From positions 134,222 through 198,221 of the forward strand of contig CP092821.1 in assembly GCA_022530585.1 (NCBI GenBank): 64,000 nt of DNA, in the 5' to 3' direction. A model generated the notes under the pieces. That model had not been told where the DNA came from. It worked only from the letters and a program-made list of their open reading frames with translations, and did not search any database. The stretch is from Candidatus Nealsonbacteria bacterium DGGOD1a (GTDB taxonomy: Bacteria; Patescibacteriota; Minisyncoccia; Minisyncoccales; UBA5738). This document shows, piece by piece, positions 34,315 through 45,500 of the stretch; positions within the stretch are counted from its first letter, which is position 1, and each line of letters opens with the position of its first letter. The position numbers were made by a program, and so were the translations under genes.

Positions 34315-34359
34315 CAAATTTAAGAGCCGCTCTTGCAAGAGCGGCTCTTAAATTTGAGC
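34312..34359 (+). terminator. Intrinsic terminator after tRNA-Gly
   Basis: GCTCAAATTTAAGAGCCGCTCT-TGCA-AGAGCGGCTCTTAAATTTGAGC followed by GGTTTTTGTTTTT. Confidence 0.65.
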
Positions 34360-34478
34360 GAGGTTTTTGTTTTTCGTTCGGTTGGTGTTTATTTGACAAC
34401 GGCTTTTTTGTTTGCGAAAATGAATCAATGGGGATAGTGTTTTTTGTTGAATAATTAATATTCCCGAAAAATTCATTT

Positions 34479-35384
34479 ATGAATAAAGAACTCGTTGATT
34501 ATATTAAGCAACAAATAGAAATCAATGTTCCGAAAAATAAAATAACAAACATTCTTTTAAAGCAGGGCTGGCACCAATCGGAGATTGACGACGCGTTTCT
34601 CGCGGCTGGCGCCGGGATCAACAGTCCGGAAGGGTCGGGCGCCGGCGGGTTTGAAGACGGCGGGTTTGATGATCCCGACCAAGATAAAAACGGGGTTGGC
34701 TCGAGCCGAAAGATGATTTTCACGGTCGCGGTCGCGCTGGCGGTTTTGGCGATTATCGCGGGGATCGTGGTCTTTTCTCCGTTTGGAGATAAAAAGGAAG
34801 AAACGGCGCCATCGGGCGCGGGGACGACGACCGATGCGGGCGCCGGCGACACTGCGGCAAATCAACCCGCCGCCGGCGAAGAAACGGAAGTTGGCGCCGA
34901 GGTTTTGACTTTAATCAAAGAACTGAAAACATCGATACAGCCGCCGTCCGGCTGGGTCGCGCGCGAAGGCACGATACGCTCGCGGCCTTTGGCGGCTTTT
35001 TTCAAGGCCGTTCCGGAGAAAGACAGTTCCGGAAAAACGATTTTTAATGAAAACATAAGCGTTACTCTGGACAATTTCGGATCGGCCGGCGTTGGCGACG
35101 GGGCCGCGTATATCGCCAAGTCCAAAACAACGCTTCAGGCAAAGATAGAGAATTACAAGATGTTGACGGAGCGCAAGGTAAACTTGGGAGACGGTTCCGA
35201 GGCAACGCTGATTAACAGCTCTTTCACGCAAAACGGGCTTGATTTGAAAAATATGCAAATGTTCGCCGTTAAAAATGACAATGTTTACATAGTCACCGGC
35301 GTGGCGCTGGCTTCGAATTGGGACAAGGAAAAGGATATGATCGGAATGGCGATAATGTCGTTCAAATTTCCGTCCGGACAATAA
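34479..35384 (+). CDS. Membrane-anchored extracytoplasmic protein, unknown function
   Basis: 301 aa; short cytoplasmic N-domain, TM (IFTVAVALAVLAIIAGIVVF), low-complexity linker, ~170-aa C-terminal domain. Confidence 0.6.
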   Translation: MNKELVDYIKQQIEINVPKNKITNILLKQGWHQSEIDDAFLAAGAGINSPEGSGAGGFEDGGFDDPDQDKNGVGSSRKMIFTVAVALAVLAIIAGIVVFSPFGDKKEETAPSGAGTTTDAGAGDTAANQPAAGEETEVGAEVLTLIKELKTSIQPPSGWVAREGTIRSRPLAAFFKAVPEKDSSGKTIFNENISVTLDNFGSAGVGDGAAYIAKSKTTLQAKIENYKMLTERKVNLGDGSEATLINSSFTQNGLDLKNMQMFAVKNDNVYIVTGVALASNWDKEKDMIGMAIMSFKFPSGQ

Positions 35385-35403
35385 TTTTTTGGCTTTTAAC
35401 GAG

Positions 35404-35432
35404 ACCCCTTTCGCAGAGGGGTTTTGATTTTT
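35404..35432 (+). terminator. Intrinsic terminator
   Basis: ACCCCT-TTCGCAG-AGGGGT followed by TTTGATTTTT. Confidence 0.6.
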
Positions 35433-35630
35433 ATGGCAAATAAAAATGATATGTCGGACCTGGTGCGTTTTTTTTCCGCGCTGGCGGGAATCGTGATCGT
35501 GATGACTTTCATTTTGTCGTTTGGCTATGTTGTCGCGGATAAAAAATACGGTAAAAACATCCGCTATTGGAAAGCGTGCGTTTCAAGCTATATTAACCAG
35601 CAGTGGTATCAGGCGAAGAGCGCAAAGTGA
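35433..35630 (+). CDS. Small membrane protein (uncertain)
   Basis: MANKNDMSDLVRFFSALAGIVIVMTFILSFGYVV; the track start 35424 lies inside the terminator. Confidence 0.35.
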   Translation: MANKNDMSDLVRFFSALAGIVIVMTFILSFGYVVADKKYGKNIRYWKACVSSYINQQWYQAKSAK

Positions 35631-35647
35631 TTTTTGTCGATAATCAT

Positions 35648-36685
35648 ATGGGGAAAACAATATATATTGTCGGGATCGGCGGCCGGACCGGCGCGATGTT
35701 TTGCCGCGAACTGCAGGGCGCGGCGCGGATCATCGGCGTGGGTATGGATCGCGAAATCGAGGCGATCAACAATGGGAAAATTAAAACGCGGAGAGGCGCG
35801 GGCCAGCCGGAAATTTTAAAAACCGAAATTGTCCGATCCGCGGATTTTGCCGTGGCGGCCGAATTGAATCCTCCCGATTTCATCTGGCTGGCGACCAAGA
35901 ATCCGGTGATCGAGACGGTTAAATTTTATTACCGTGGTTTTAAAGGCAAAGAAAAATTGCCGGCGCTGGTTATTTCGCAGAACGGATTGTCGGCAATCAA
36001 CGACGCCAGAGCCGGTTTGTTCGAAGTGTTGGGACAAGCGGCCGACCGAGTGCGGATCATCCGGGTGAGTCTGATCAACGGAGTCGATCTTCGGGCGGAG
36101 GGGGGTGTTCTCGCCGAAACCGCGGCGAGCCCGAATGGGACATCCGTTATAAGTTACAAAATTCCGATTAAGCTCGGTTTTGGCGTGATCGACGGCAAAA
36201 GTTTTGATTTCAAGGAGATTTTGCTTGCCGGCCGGATTAAAGCGCGGGAATTTCCGGGGGCGGAAGTTTTTGAAATGGAAAATTCAAAATTGTTCACGAA
36301 CTTGATCGGCATGGCGGCCGCGGTTAACGGGATGGATGCCGGCCAAGGGTTGCGCGACAAGAAAGTTTTTAAAGAGGAAGTCGCGGCGCTCAAAGAATAT
36401 GTTTTGGCGATTAAAAAATCCGGCGGCGGGTTTGTCGGTGATTTTTGCGGTTATCCGATCAAATTTTTGGCTCAAATGATGTTGTGGCCGTTATGGTTGC
36501 TTTTGCCTTGGCGCGGCTTGCTGGCGGATATCGTGGCCAAAGGCCGCAACCGCCCCAAAGACCTGTCCGAAATCGATTACTACAACGGCGAAGTCGCGCG
36601 GCTGGGCAAGCGCGCCGGCGTGCCCACGCCGATGAATGAAGAAATAATTGCAAAAGCCAAAGAAATTAACAATCAACGCGCGTAA
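35648..36685 (+). CDS. Ketopantoate reductase (ApbA/PanE) family oxidoreductase
   Basis: Rossmann IYIVGIGGRTGAMF; C-terminal SEIDYYNGEVARLGKRAGVPTPMNEEI matches PanE C-domain pattern. Confidence 0.65.
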   Translation: MGKTIYIVGIGGRTGAMFCRELQGAARIIGVGMDREIEAINNGKIKTRRGAGQPEILKTEIVRSADFAVAAELNPPDFIWLATKNPVIETVKFYYRGFKGKEKLPALVISQNGLSAINDARAGLFEVLGQAADRVRIIRVSLINGVDLRAEGGVLAETAASPNGTSVISYKIPIKLGFGVIDGKSFDFKEILLAGRIKAREFPGAEVFEMENSKLFTNLIGMAAAVNGMDAGQGLRDKKVFKEEVAALKEYVLAIKKSGGGFVGDFCGYPIKFLAQMMLWPLWLLLPWRGLLADIVAKGRNRPKDLSEIDYYNGEVARLGKRAGVPTPMNEEIIAKAKEINNQRA

Positions 36686-36710
36686 ATAAAAAGATGGTGG
36701 CCGGATGTGG

Positions 36711-37346
36711 TCACCAATCTGGATCGTAATCAATCCTCTCGAAGACATCATTAAACATGTAGTCTTCGTCGTAACCCAGATATCTGGGTACGCGAGGCAT
36801 GCAAGATATTCTAGGCAATCTTTGATCAAAGTCGATGATGTAATTTTCACCTTTGGCTTTGCACTCAACCCACATATGCCCTTGGTGGGTTGTTTTGTTG
36901 TAGCCGCGGACTACCATTGCCGGATAGCCTTTGGCAATCAACAGGGAGCACATGAAGGTTGACAGATCATTGCAATCTCCTTTTAGGGTAGTCCCTGTTA
37001 TGGCTACTTCCTGCCAATATTCGGCACATTCGGGATACACATCCCGATCGCTGGCGTATGCGATATTAAGTTGGCGGCCGGTTTCATTAAAAAAGAAACC
37101 TTCTCCTATTTTAAATGTAACTCTTGCCGCGAACCACCGGATTATTGGATCATCCGGTTGGATATATTTGCTATATCCGGTGGTATAACTCTTTATCCAT
37201 GGAGCGCAGTCTTCCCTGTAACTTACGCTTTGATCATGCGGTGCGGTTTCATATGAGGAACTTGCTTCAACCGCAAAGACTATTATTATTGCTACAATTG
37301 TCGCGAACAGTTTAACATTAATAATGAATTCCCCCTTTGTAATCAA
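36711..37346 (-). CDS. Transglutaminase-like cysteine protease-fold protein, membrane-anchored
   Basis: GDCNDLSTFMCSLLIAKGYPAMVVRGY...QGHMWVE (Cys-His core); N-terminal TM. Confidence 0.7.
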   Translation of the reverse strand: MITKGEFIINVKLFATIVAIIIVFAVEASSSYETAPHDQSVSYREDCAPWIKSYTTGYSKYIQPDDPIIRWFAARVTFKIGEGFFFNETGRQLNIAYASDRDVYPECAEYWQEVAITGTTLKGDCNDLSTFMCSLLIAKGYPAMVVRGYNKTTHQGHMWVECKAKGENYIIDFDQRLPRISCMPRVPRYLGYDEDYMFNDVFERIDYDPDW

Positions 37347-37528
37347 CTGGTATTCTTATAAAATAACTTTATTAATTTGTCAAATTTTTTTGGAAAAATT
37401 TGCGGTTCAAAAATTGTTGCAAACTTATTCACAAACTTATTCACAATTGACATTGCGTTTTAACTTTGGGAAAATAAAACAATGAACTTTGTTTTCTAAT
37501 TTTTAATTGGAATTATTTCCAAAACATT

Positions 37529-40500
37529 ATGGACATAAAAAATCTCGCTAGTCATTTTCCCGCTCATGTTAAAACAGTTGCTTTTTTTGTTCTTCCGCTG
37601 GCAATGGCTTTTATTATTTTTAATATCGTGGTGCATGCCGCCGATTCAGACTGTACGAATTTGTGTGATAATGAAAGGGTGGATAATGTTCTGAAATGGA
37701 CTTGTAGCGAAGGCGGGTTCAGCGAAACCGACACTATCAGGTCCAGGGCTTGCGATAAATTAAAAGCAGATTTATCCAAGGCGGAGACAGCCGCGCCTGC
37801 TTCAACGGCGGTTACGGCAAAATCAACGGTAGATTTAATAACAGAGGTTAATAAAGAGGTTTATAAAGATGAATTGGCCGAGGCTCGTTCCCAGTTTGCG
37901 GGTTCGTCTTCAAGCGCGGCCGGCGGCGCGAGTGTAGCAGATTCTCAATCTGGCGCGGGAAGCGGTTGTTATGATATGATCGGCAGAAGTTGCGTGGATG
38001 TTTGCAGGGAGGCAGACACTGATTGCGGCCAAAAACGCTGCGTGTGCGATGCCAATGGTTTTTTGACGGGAGAGGAGATGTATTGCAAGGGTGCTAGCCA
38101 TAGATGGACTTTGAGGCAAAGCAGCGACTGTACTGCGGACCAGAATTTGGATCAGGTTTCCGGCGGCAATCCGGCGGCATCTGGCAGCCCAAGCAGCACG
38201 GCCAATAGTTCGGCGGCAAATATTCAATGTAGCGGCGCGTGCGACAATAGGGCGGGCCACACTTGCGGTTGGCAGGTAAGTACGCAGCGGCATTGTTATT
38301 GCGATCCGAACGATAAATCTAAAGGTGAAAACGGGACATTCCACCTTGATACCGACTTGACCAAATACTGCACTTATTGTGCGTGGGATTCCGCGGCTTG
38401 CAATTGTCTCTACACTTTTGCCGATGGCACGACAAAGAAAACGCTGGCTTTTGGCGCGGCGGTGTGCGAGGAGAGCGGTAAATCGCAGAATTTCAGCATG
38501 GTTTGCAAGGGCGGGGAAATTGAAGGAGGAGACGGCTGTTTGAATCAGGTTTGCAACAGTTCCAATCCGCTTTGCTATAACGATGGCAATACCGAAACTT
38601 GCAACAAACTGGACGAAGCGATCATCGCGGTGGCGGGCGGAAAAGATTATATTACCAGTTCGTGTTCGGAAAAAGAAATAGAAAAAAGAGAAAAGTTCAA
38701 AGCCGATAATAGCTATTGCGCGGATAGCGAGGTGTTGCGCGACCAAATGAACATTGTGATCGGGAAAGGTATTTTTTCATCGGTTTTAAACAATGCTTCC
38801 GCGATAAATAATTTGGCGCAGGGAGACGCCAAAAAAATCGCGTGTTCGAACACAAATCTCACTTCTTGCGAGAAGAGCGATGATAAAACCAACGAATACC
38901 AATGCGTGAACAGCGGCGGTTGCCGGCTTTGGAATTGGGTTACGGGCGGCGGCAAATTATGTTCGGTTAAAAATCCCGATACCGGAACAAACTGCACTTC
39001 TGTTAAGGACGGGGGGGACAAGTGTTATAAATATATTGAGCTTGTGGCAGGCAATAATTGCGTAGGTATAGGCAAAAATGAAGGCAAAACAACCCTATCC
39101 GGCGAATATAGTTGCGGGGGCAAGCCCGAAACCGCCGATAAATCGTATTTGTGCGCCAACGGCGAATTCACCGAATCAGAAAATTGCGCCTCAAAAGGCG
39201 GCTGCGAACCGGCGACCGGCAAATGCCGCGGTGATTATTCCGAACAATGCAAGGCCGGGACTTTCCCGTGCGATAAAAACGAAGAATGCGATGCGTGCGG
39301 AAGCGATTATGAATGCAAGATTTCGTCTTCGTCGGGCGGTTCGGCGTCAGGTTATACCAACGCATATAACGACGCAGATTATACCGCCGGCGGCAAGAAA
39401 GGCGTTTGCCGAAAGAAAGACGGCATAACCGGCGAGTGCAGTTTCAGCGTTGACGCGGGAACTCCCAGCGCCAGCAGTTCGAAGTGCAAAACCGGGTCAA
39501 GCTACGGCGTATATGTGCCGTTCACGGTCGATACCGAAGGAGAATGTTCGGGTATTAATTGCACAGTGGCCAACGATTTTGACAACACTTCGGTAACCGC
39601 CACGCAATCGGGAGGATCAAGCTGGTACGCGTGCGCCAAACCGCAATCAAGTTCTTCGAGTTCGGACGGGTCAAAAGGAGATAATCCGAGCAGACTGAAT
39701 TTCACGATTTCCTGCACCGACGGCAAAAAAACTTCCCAAGATACCGCCAGTTGCGCGTTTCCCACCGCGGATGACAATAAATTCAAACAAGCCGAAGAAG
39801 ATGAACAAGCCAGCACGACCGAGGACAAGGCCAACGAAGAGGAGCAGAAAAAACAGGATGGCACCGCGCCCAAAGTAACGGTGAACAGCCCCAAAGACAC
39901 GATTTCGACCAAGACCGCGGAGTTGAATGTGACCACGGATATCGGCGCGACCTGCAAATATATGGACAGCAAGAACGGATCGTTCTCGGCGTCCAATTTT
40001 TCCGGCAACGGCATGGCGATGAGCGGATCGGGCGGCACGACCCACACGGTTACGCTGGGCAATCTGACCGAAGGAACCGCCGATGACTGCAAATACAACC
40101 ATACGATCGTCGTGCTTTGCAAGAACAGCAAAGCTTCATCGAACGCGACATCCGGCGCGATCGGTTCGGGCCAGACATCGTTTACGGTCGATCTCTCCAA
40201 GAACGCCGAAAACGCGCCCAAGGTGGCGAACGGGATGAGCTCGGGAAAAATCACAATTGCCAATCCCATATTAAAGGTTAGCACCGATCGGCCCGCGGAT
40301 TGCGAATATAAAGAAGGCGGCAGTTTCACTTTCAGTTCGGGTAAAAAATTCGATTCCACCGGCAATTACAACCATACCGCGCAATTGAGCGGCTTGACCG
40401 GCAAAGATTACGATTATTATGTGATTTGCAAAGACAAGGAAACCTGCGCGAAGAGTTCCGCCGATTTCAAAGTTGAGTTTACGGTCGATCTGGCGCTTGA

Positions 40501-42472
40501 TCCGGCCAACGCGCCCAAGATTACCGCCACCACGCCCGCGACCCAGACGGTGGCCAATCCGACATTGTCGATAACCACGGAAAAAGCGGCCACCTGCCAA
40601 TACAAGAAAGATGCCACTTTCACTTATGGCGATTCCTCCGCGACCCAGTTTACCACCGATGGCGACTTGGGACACACTGTGCTGTTGACGGCATGGCCGG
40701 ACGGCAAATATACTTTTTATGTGGCGTGCAAAGACAAAGCCACGGGCGCGGTGAAAACTTTGGAGCAGGCGATTGTCACCACATTGGATCGGGGGCAGGG
40801 AGCGCCGACAATTGTCAGCGTTACTCCGGAAATCCAAACCGTGGATAACCCGGCGCTGTCGGTGACAACCGATATTCCGGCCACCTGCCAATACAAGAAA
40901 GACGCCACTTTCACTTATGGTTCCGGCACCGCGCTTGAAAGCGCCGATGGTTACAGCCACAAAATCTCTATTGCCGGTTTGGCTGACGGCACGCACACTT
41001 TTTATGTGGCGTGCAAATCGAAAGACGCGAGCGGAACGGCAAAAACAATGGGAAACCCGATTGTAACCAAGCTTAGCCGTACCGGGACGGTGCCGGTGAT
41101 CACCAATACCACCGCCGGCAATCAAACCACGAATTCGCCCACGCTTTCGGTGAACACTTCCGCGGCCGCCACTTGCCAATATAAAGAAGGCGGCGATTTC
41201 ACTTATGGCGGCGGCACTCAATTTATTACCGACGGAAGCACAAACCATAGCGCGCAGTTGGCCAATATCGCCAACGGCCAGCATACTTATTATGTGGTTT
41301 GCAAAGATACCGCTTCCGGGAATACCAATCCTTCCGGCGCGCAAATTGTTTTCACGGTTAACACTACGACCGGCGCGCCGGTGATTTCCAACACCACGCC
41401 CAACAATCAGTCCGCCGGCGCGGTCACGCTTCTCATAACCACTTCCGCGGCCGCCACTTGCCAATATAAAGAAGGCGGCGAATTCACTTATGGCGGCGGC
41501 ATTCAGTTTACCACCGATGGCGGAACCGGCCATAGCGCGGTTTTAGGCAATCTTGGCGACGGCGCGCACACTTTTTATGTGGTTTGCAAAGACACGGCGA
41601 CGGGTGCGACTAACGGTTCGCCGGCGCAAGTGATCTTTACGGTCACATCGGCGGCAACTTGCGCCGATTTATCGACCAACGACAAGCAAAATGACAATGA
41701 TCGCAATGTTGACAACGAAGACGAATCGGATTCGGATTATTTGTGGCGCTCGCTGGAAGCCGGCACCCGCGATAAATTTACCAAAGTCGACTGGTATGCC
41801 GGGTATCAGTTCACAACCGAAAAAGACGGCCAGGTTACCCAACTCTGCGGTTATTTCGATGACGGCAGTTCCAACAAAGTGAGCTTGTACGGCGCTTCAT
41901 ATGCCGAATTGGCCAGCGTGCAGATTTCCGGAACAGGCGACTGGAAATGCGCCAGTATCAGCCCGGTTCCGGTTAAAACCGATAAACGGTATTATGTGAT
42001 TGCGCGGGTGAAGGATGGTCCGATTTACTATGAATATAAATCCGGATTACTGCCGCGCGATAACGATAACGCCACGGTTGAAGCGGGCATCCGGCAATTG
42101 GCCGGCGAAAAATTCGGCAAAGATATTAAAAAATACGACTATATGGTGTTCGGGCTGGTTGACGCCAAAATAAAATTCACATCCGAAAGCAATAAAGGGC
42201 CGGAGGTCGATACCGCCATTCCCGTGGGCACGATTTCGGGAAACGACACAATGATCTCGGTGGCGACCGATATCGAAGCGACTTGCAAATTCAGCCGCGA
42301 GGATGTTGAATACGCGGATATGAAATACTCTTTCGCCAAGACCGGCAACAAGACGCACGAACAAAAGGTTTGCAGTCTCGACGACGGCCCTTTCACTTTC
42401 TATATTCGCTGTAAGGGCGAGACCGGGACCAACGACGCGTCGACTTTGATCCAGTTTGAAGTGAGCGATTAG
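37529..42472 (+). CDS. Giant secreted surface protein (Cys-rich N-half, 7 two-Cys ~93-aa repeats, DUF4082-like module)
   Basis: 1647-aa uninterrupted ORF; signal anchor; six tandem repeats 39864-41650, seventh 42190-42469; DUF4082-like 41736-42180. Confidence 0.85.
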   Translation: MDIKNLASHFPAHVKTVAFFVLPLAMAFIIFNIVVHAADSDCTNLCDNERVDNVLKWTCSEGGFSETDTIRSRACDKLKADLSKAETAAPASTAVTAKSTVDLITEVNKEVYKDELAEARSQFAGSSSSAAGGASVADSQSGAGSGCYDMIGRSCVDVCREADTDCGQKRCVCDANGFLTGEEMYCKGASHRWTLRQSSDCTADQNLDQVSGGNPAASGSPSSTANSSAANIQCSGACDNRAGHTCGWQVSTQRHCYCDPNDKSKGENGTFHLDTDLTKYCTYCAWDSAACNCLYTFADGTTKKTLAFGAAVCEESGKSQNFSMVCKGGEIEGGDGCLNQVCNSSNPLCYNDGNTETCNKLDEAIIAVAGGKDYITSSCSEKEIEKREKFKADNSYCADSEVLRDQMNIVIGKGIFSSVLNNASAINNLAQGDAKKIACSNTNLTSCEKSDDKTNEYQCVNSGGCRLWNWVTGGGKLCSVKNPDTGTNCTSVKDGGDKCYKYIELVAGNNCVGIGKNEGKTTLSGEYSCGGKPETADKSYLCANGEFTESENCASKGGCEPATGKCRGDYSEQCKAGTFPCDKNEECDACGSDYECKISSSSGGSASGYTNAYNDADYTAGGKKGVCRKKDGITGECSFSVDAGTPSASSSKCKTGSSYGVYVPFTVDTEGECSGINCTVANDFDNTSVTATQSGGSSWYACAKPQSSSSSSDGSKGDNPSRLNFTISCTDGKKTSQDTASCAFPTADDNKFKQAEEDEQASTTEDKANEEEQKKQDGTAPKVTVNSPKDTISTKTAELNVTTDIGATCKYMDSKNGSFSASNFSGNGMAMSGSGGTTHTVTLGNLTEGTADDCKYNHTIVVLCKNSKASSNATSGAIGSGQTSFTVDLSKNAENAPKVANGMSSGKITIANPILKVSTDRPADCEYKEGGSFTFSSGKKFDSTGNYNHTAQLSGLTGKDYDYYVICKDKETCAKSSADFKVEFTVDLALDPANAPKITATTPATQTVANPTLSITTEKAATCQYKKDATFTYGDSSATQFTTDGDLGHTVLLTAWPDGKYTFYVACKDKATGAVKTLEQAIVTTLDRGQGAPTIVSVTPEIQTVDNPALSVTTDIPATCQYKKDATFTYGSGTALESADGYSHKISIAGLADGTHTFYVACKSKDASGTAKTMGNPIVTKLSRTGTVPVITNTTAGNQTTNSPTLSVNTSAAATCQYKEGGDFTYGGGTQFITDGSTNHSAQLANIANGQHTYYVVCKDTASGNTNPSGAQIVFTVNTTTGAPVISNTTPNNQSAGAVTLLITTSAAATCQYKEGGEFTYGGGIQFTTDGGTGHSAVLGNLGDGAHTFYVVCKDTATGATNGSPAQVIFTVTSAATCADLSTNDKQNDNDRNVDNEDESDSDYLWRSLEAGTRDKFTKVDWYAGYQFTTEKDGQVTQLCGYFDDGSSNKVSLYGASYAELASVQISGTGDWKCASISPVPVKTDKRYYVIARVKDGPIYYEYKSGLLPRDNDNATVEAGIRQLAGEKFGKDIKKYDYMVFGLVDAKIKFTSESNKGPEVDTAIPVGTISGNDTMISVATDIEATCKFSREDVEYADMKYSFAKTGNKTHEQKVCSLDDGPFTFYIRCKGETGTNDASTLIQFEVSD

Positions 42473-42491
42473 ATGTTTGAGATTCGCGATA

Positions 42492-42525
42492 AGGCCGGCC
42501 CCGGCGTATTTAACGGGGCCGGCCT
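42492..42525 (+). terminator. GC-rich hairpin between giant genes 1 and 2
   Basis: AGGCCGGCCCCG-GCGTATTTAA-CGGGGCCGGCCT; TATAAT at 42533-42538 just downstream; no T-run. Confidence 0.5.
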
Positions 42526-42560
42526 CCGAGTCGTATAATTTGAATTCATTAACAAAAATT

Positions 42561-45500
42561 ATGCCATTATCATTGTTTTCAATAAACCAAAAAAGCATTT
42601 TAGCTTTATTGTTGGGCGGATTGATTGCCTTGACCGCCGGCGCGGCTTTGGCCGCGGATTTGGTTTGGATGCCGGATTGGATTGAAAATAATGATCTTAA
42701 TTTTGGCGGTTTTTCCAATTTTATCGACGCGGCGGCCGGAGCCGGATTAACCGAAGACGAAACAAGAGCGATGATAGTGGCGCTGATCAATTCCAAATTC
42801 GGCGAAGAAGATTTTCTAACGGTGTTGCGCGAGAGCAATGCTTCAGCCGCTGGCAAACTGGCGGCTTTGGCAACTGCTGATCCTACATTCCAACAGCTTC
42901 TCGATGGTATTGACATGTATGCCAAAACATCCGAAGGCAAGAATGATCTGAAAAAAATTCAAGACCAACTTGCGAATAATACAACAGGTAATACAACAGG
43001 CAATACTGAGAGCAAAGCTCAAGCAATCAAAGATTATCAGGCAAAAATAGACACCGGCACGGCAACGGAAAAAGACAAAGAGGCCTATATCGCGGCTTTG
43101 AAAGCGTCGGGAGACACGATCGTGACCGATCCTTTGACCGGCAAATCATGGGCTTATTCAAGTTACGATCCTTCCGATCCGAAAAATGAAAAAGGAAAAA
43201 ATGTGATTGATACCGCGGCGCAATTCTCGCTGGACACCGGTTACGACCCTTGTCTTGACGGTTTTATGGTTGGCGGCGGCGATGAGGGCGGGGGAAGCGG
43301 GAGCGGGAGCGGGAGCGGATCGGGCAATGCTTCGGTAGTTTGCAATACTTATATTTATAATGATTGGGGGGCTTGCGCGGGAGGAACTCAATCGCGGACC
43401 ATTTTTTCCAAGGGGCCTTCGGGATGCACCGACACTTCTTCGGCGCAGTTGACGCAATCGTGCGCCGTTTCCTGCACTTCCTACACCTACAGCGATTGGA
43501 GCGCGTGTTCCAACGGCAGTCAGAGCCGGACGATTAAAACTCAATCGCCGGCAGGATGCACGAATACTTCTTCGGCGGATTTGACCAATGATTGCACCGG
43601 GAATGACGGTACAGCTTGCACTTCCTACACCTACAGCGATTGGAGCGCGTGTTCCAACGGCAGTCAGAGCCGGACGATTAAAACTCAATCGCCGGCGGGA
43701 TGCACAAATACTTCTTCGGCGGATTTGGCGCAGTCATGCACGGTTCAGACAGCTGTGTGCGCTTCATATACCTACAGTGATTGGAGCGCGTGCGTGAACG
43801 GCGGCCAAACCCGGTCAATGATTTCGCGGGTGCCGGCGGAATGCACCGATACTTCTTCGGCGATATTCACGCAATCCTGCGGCGTCGCCCAGCCGCCGAT
43901 AGTCGCCAATACCACGAACGCGGTTCAAATCAGCTCCAATCCGGTTTTGTCGGTAACCACCAATCAGGCGGCGGTTTGCCAATATGCCGAGGCGGGCGGT
44001 TTCAGTTATGGCAACGGCGCAACCTTCAATACTACCGGCGGGTACAACCATAACACCGGCTTGAACAATGTTAATAGCGGCCAGCATACTTTTTATGTGA
44101 TTTGCAAAGACAATGCCACGGGTGGCATCAGTACGGTTTTGAAAATAGATTTTAATGTCGATCTTTCGTTGGACCCGGCCAGCGCGCCGGTAATCGTTAG
44201 CGCGACTCCGGCCAAACAAACCGGCTCCAATCCGGTTTTGTCGATAACCACCGACCGGCCGGCGGCGTGCCAATATAAAAAAGACGCCGTTTTCGCGTAT
44301 GGCGCGGGCGTTTCAATTTCCACGACCGATAATTATAGCCACAGCGTTTCGATTTCTTCGCTGGCGGACGGCAGTTACAATTTTTACGCGGTTTGCAAAG
44401 ATAAAACCACCGGGGCGGTAAGCGCGGCGAAACAAATATCGACCGCGATTGACCGGAGCGGCAACAATCCCGCCGCGCCCGCGCTTGTTAACAACACGGA
44501 TACCTATCAAACGGTTAATAATCCGATATTGGCGGTGTCCACGGACAAAGCCGCGGTTTGCCAATACGGTTCCGGCAGTTTTACTTACGGCGCCGGCATC
44601 CAGTTTGCGACCGATGGCGGCACCAGCCATAGCGTTCAACTGTCCAATATCGCCAATGGCCAGCATACTTATTATGTGATTTGTAAAGATGCCGCGACCG
44701 GAGCGGTCAGCAATGCCGGATATCAGATTATTTTCACGGTTGATGTTCTCGATGGCGATAATTGCGCCGACCTTTCGTCCAATGACCGCAAGAGTGACTC
44801 GAACCGTTCCAATTCCGGCGGCGGGAATGCCAATTCAAGCTATCTTTGGCAATCGGTTGAAACCGGCACGCGGGAAAGATTCAGCGATGTTGATTGGTAT
44901 GCCGGTTACCAGTTTACTCCGGAAAAAGACGGGCGGATTACCCAGTTATGCGGTTATTTTGACAGCGGCGCCACCAATAAAGTTTCCATATACAACGGTT
45001 CCTACGCCGAGATTGCCAGCGCCCAAGTGGCCGGCAATGATTCGTGGAAATGCGTTGATATCAGCCCGCTGGAAATAGACGCCGACAGCCGTTATTATGT
45101 GATCGCGCGAGTGCAGAATAATCCGATTTATTTTGAATATAAGTCCGGAATGTTGCCGCGCCAATCCGGCGATGCCATCATTGAGGCCGGGGTCAGGCAG
45201 ACGATTATCGATCAGAAATTTAAGACTGATGTGGTTAAATACGATTATATGATCTTCGGCTTGGTGGATGTGAAAATTTCTTATGATCCGGCAAGCAATT
45301 CCGGTCCGGCAATAAGCTCGGTGGGTCCGGTGGGAACGATTGACGGTTCAAGCGCCACGATATCGGCGCAAACCGATCGGCAATCGTCATGCAAATTTGA
45401 TCGGGAAGATGTTGTTTATTCTTCGATGAAATACGCCTTTTCAAACAGTTCGGCGGGTAATTTCAGCCAAAAAGTGTGCGGGCTGGAAAGCGGCAATTAT

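Noticed and set aside
40271-41533. Long antisense ORFs inside well-supported genes. Examples: 40271-41533(-), 42047-42940(-), 1415-2440(-), 9182-9832(-), 16575-17327(-), 49717-50382(-), 57338-58051(-), 61854-62645(-), 53205-53813(-).
   Set aside because: Each is fully overlapped by a sense-strand gene with clear family motifs. Their translations are Arg/Gly/Ile-rich low-complexity strings typical of antisense frames in GC-moderate coding DNA, with no motifs.
39864-41650. Regular ~285-nt tandem repeats (and the 144-nt repeats at 43341-43885) as a possible CRISPR or satellite array.
   Set aside because: The period is far too long, there is no short-repeat/unique-spacer structure, and the repeats are in frame within one uninterrupted ORF encoding protein domains.
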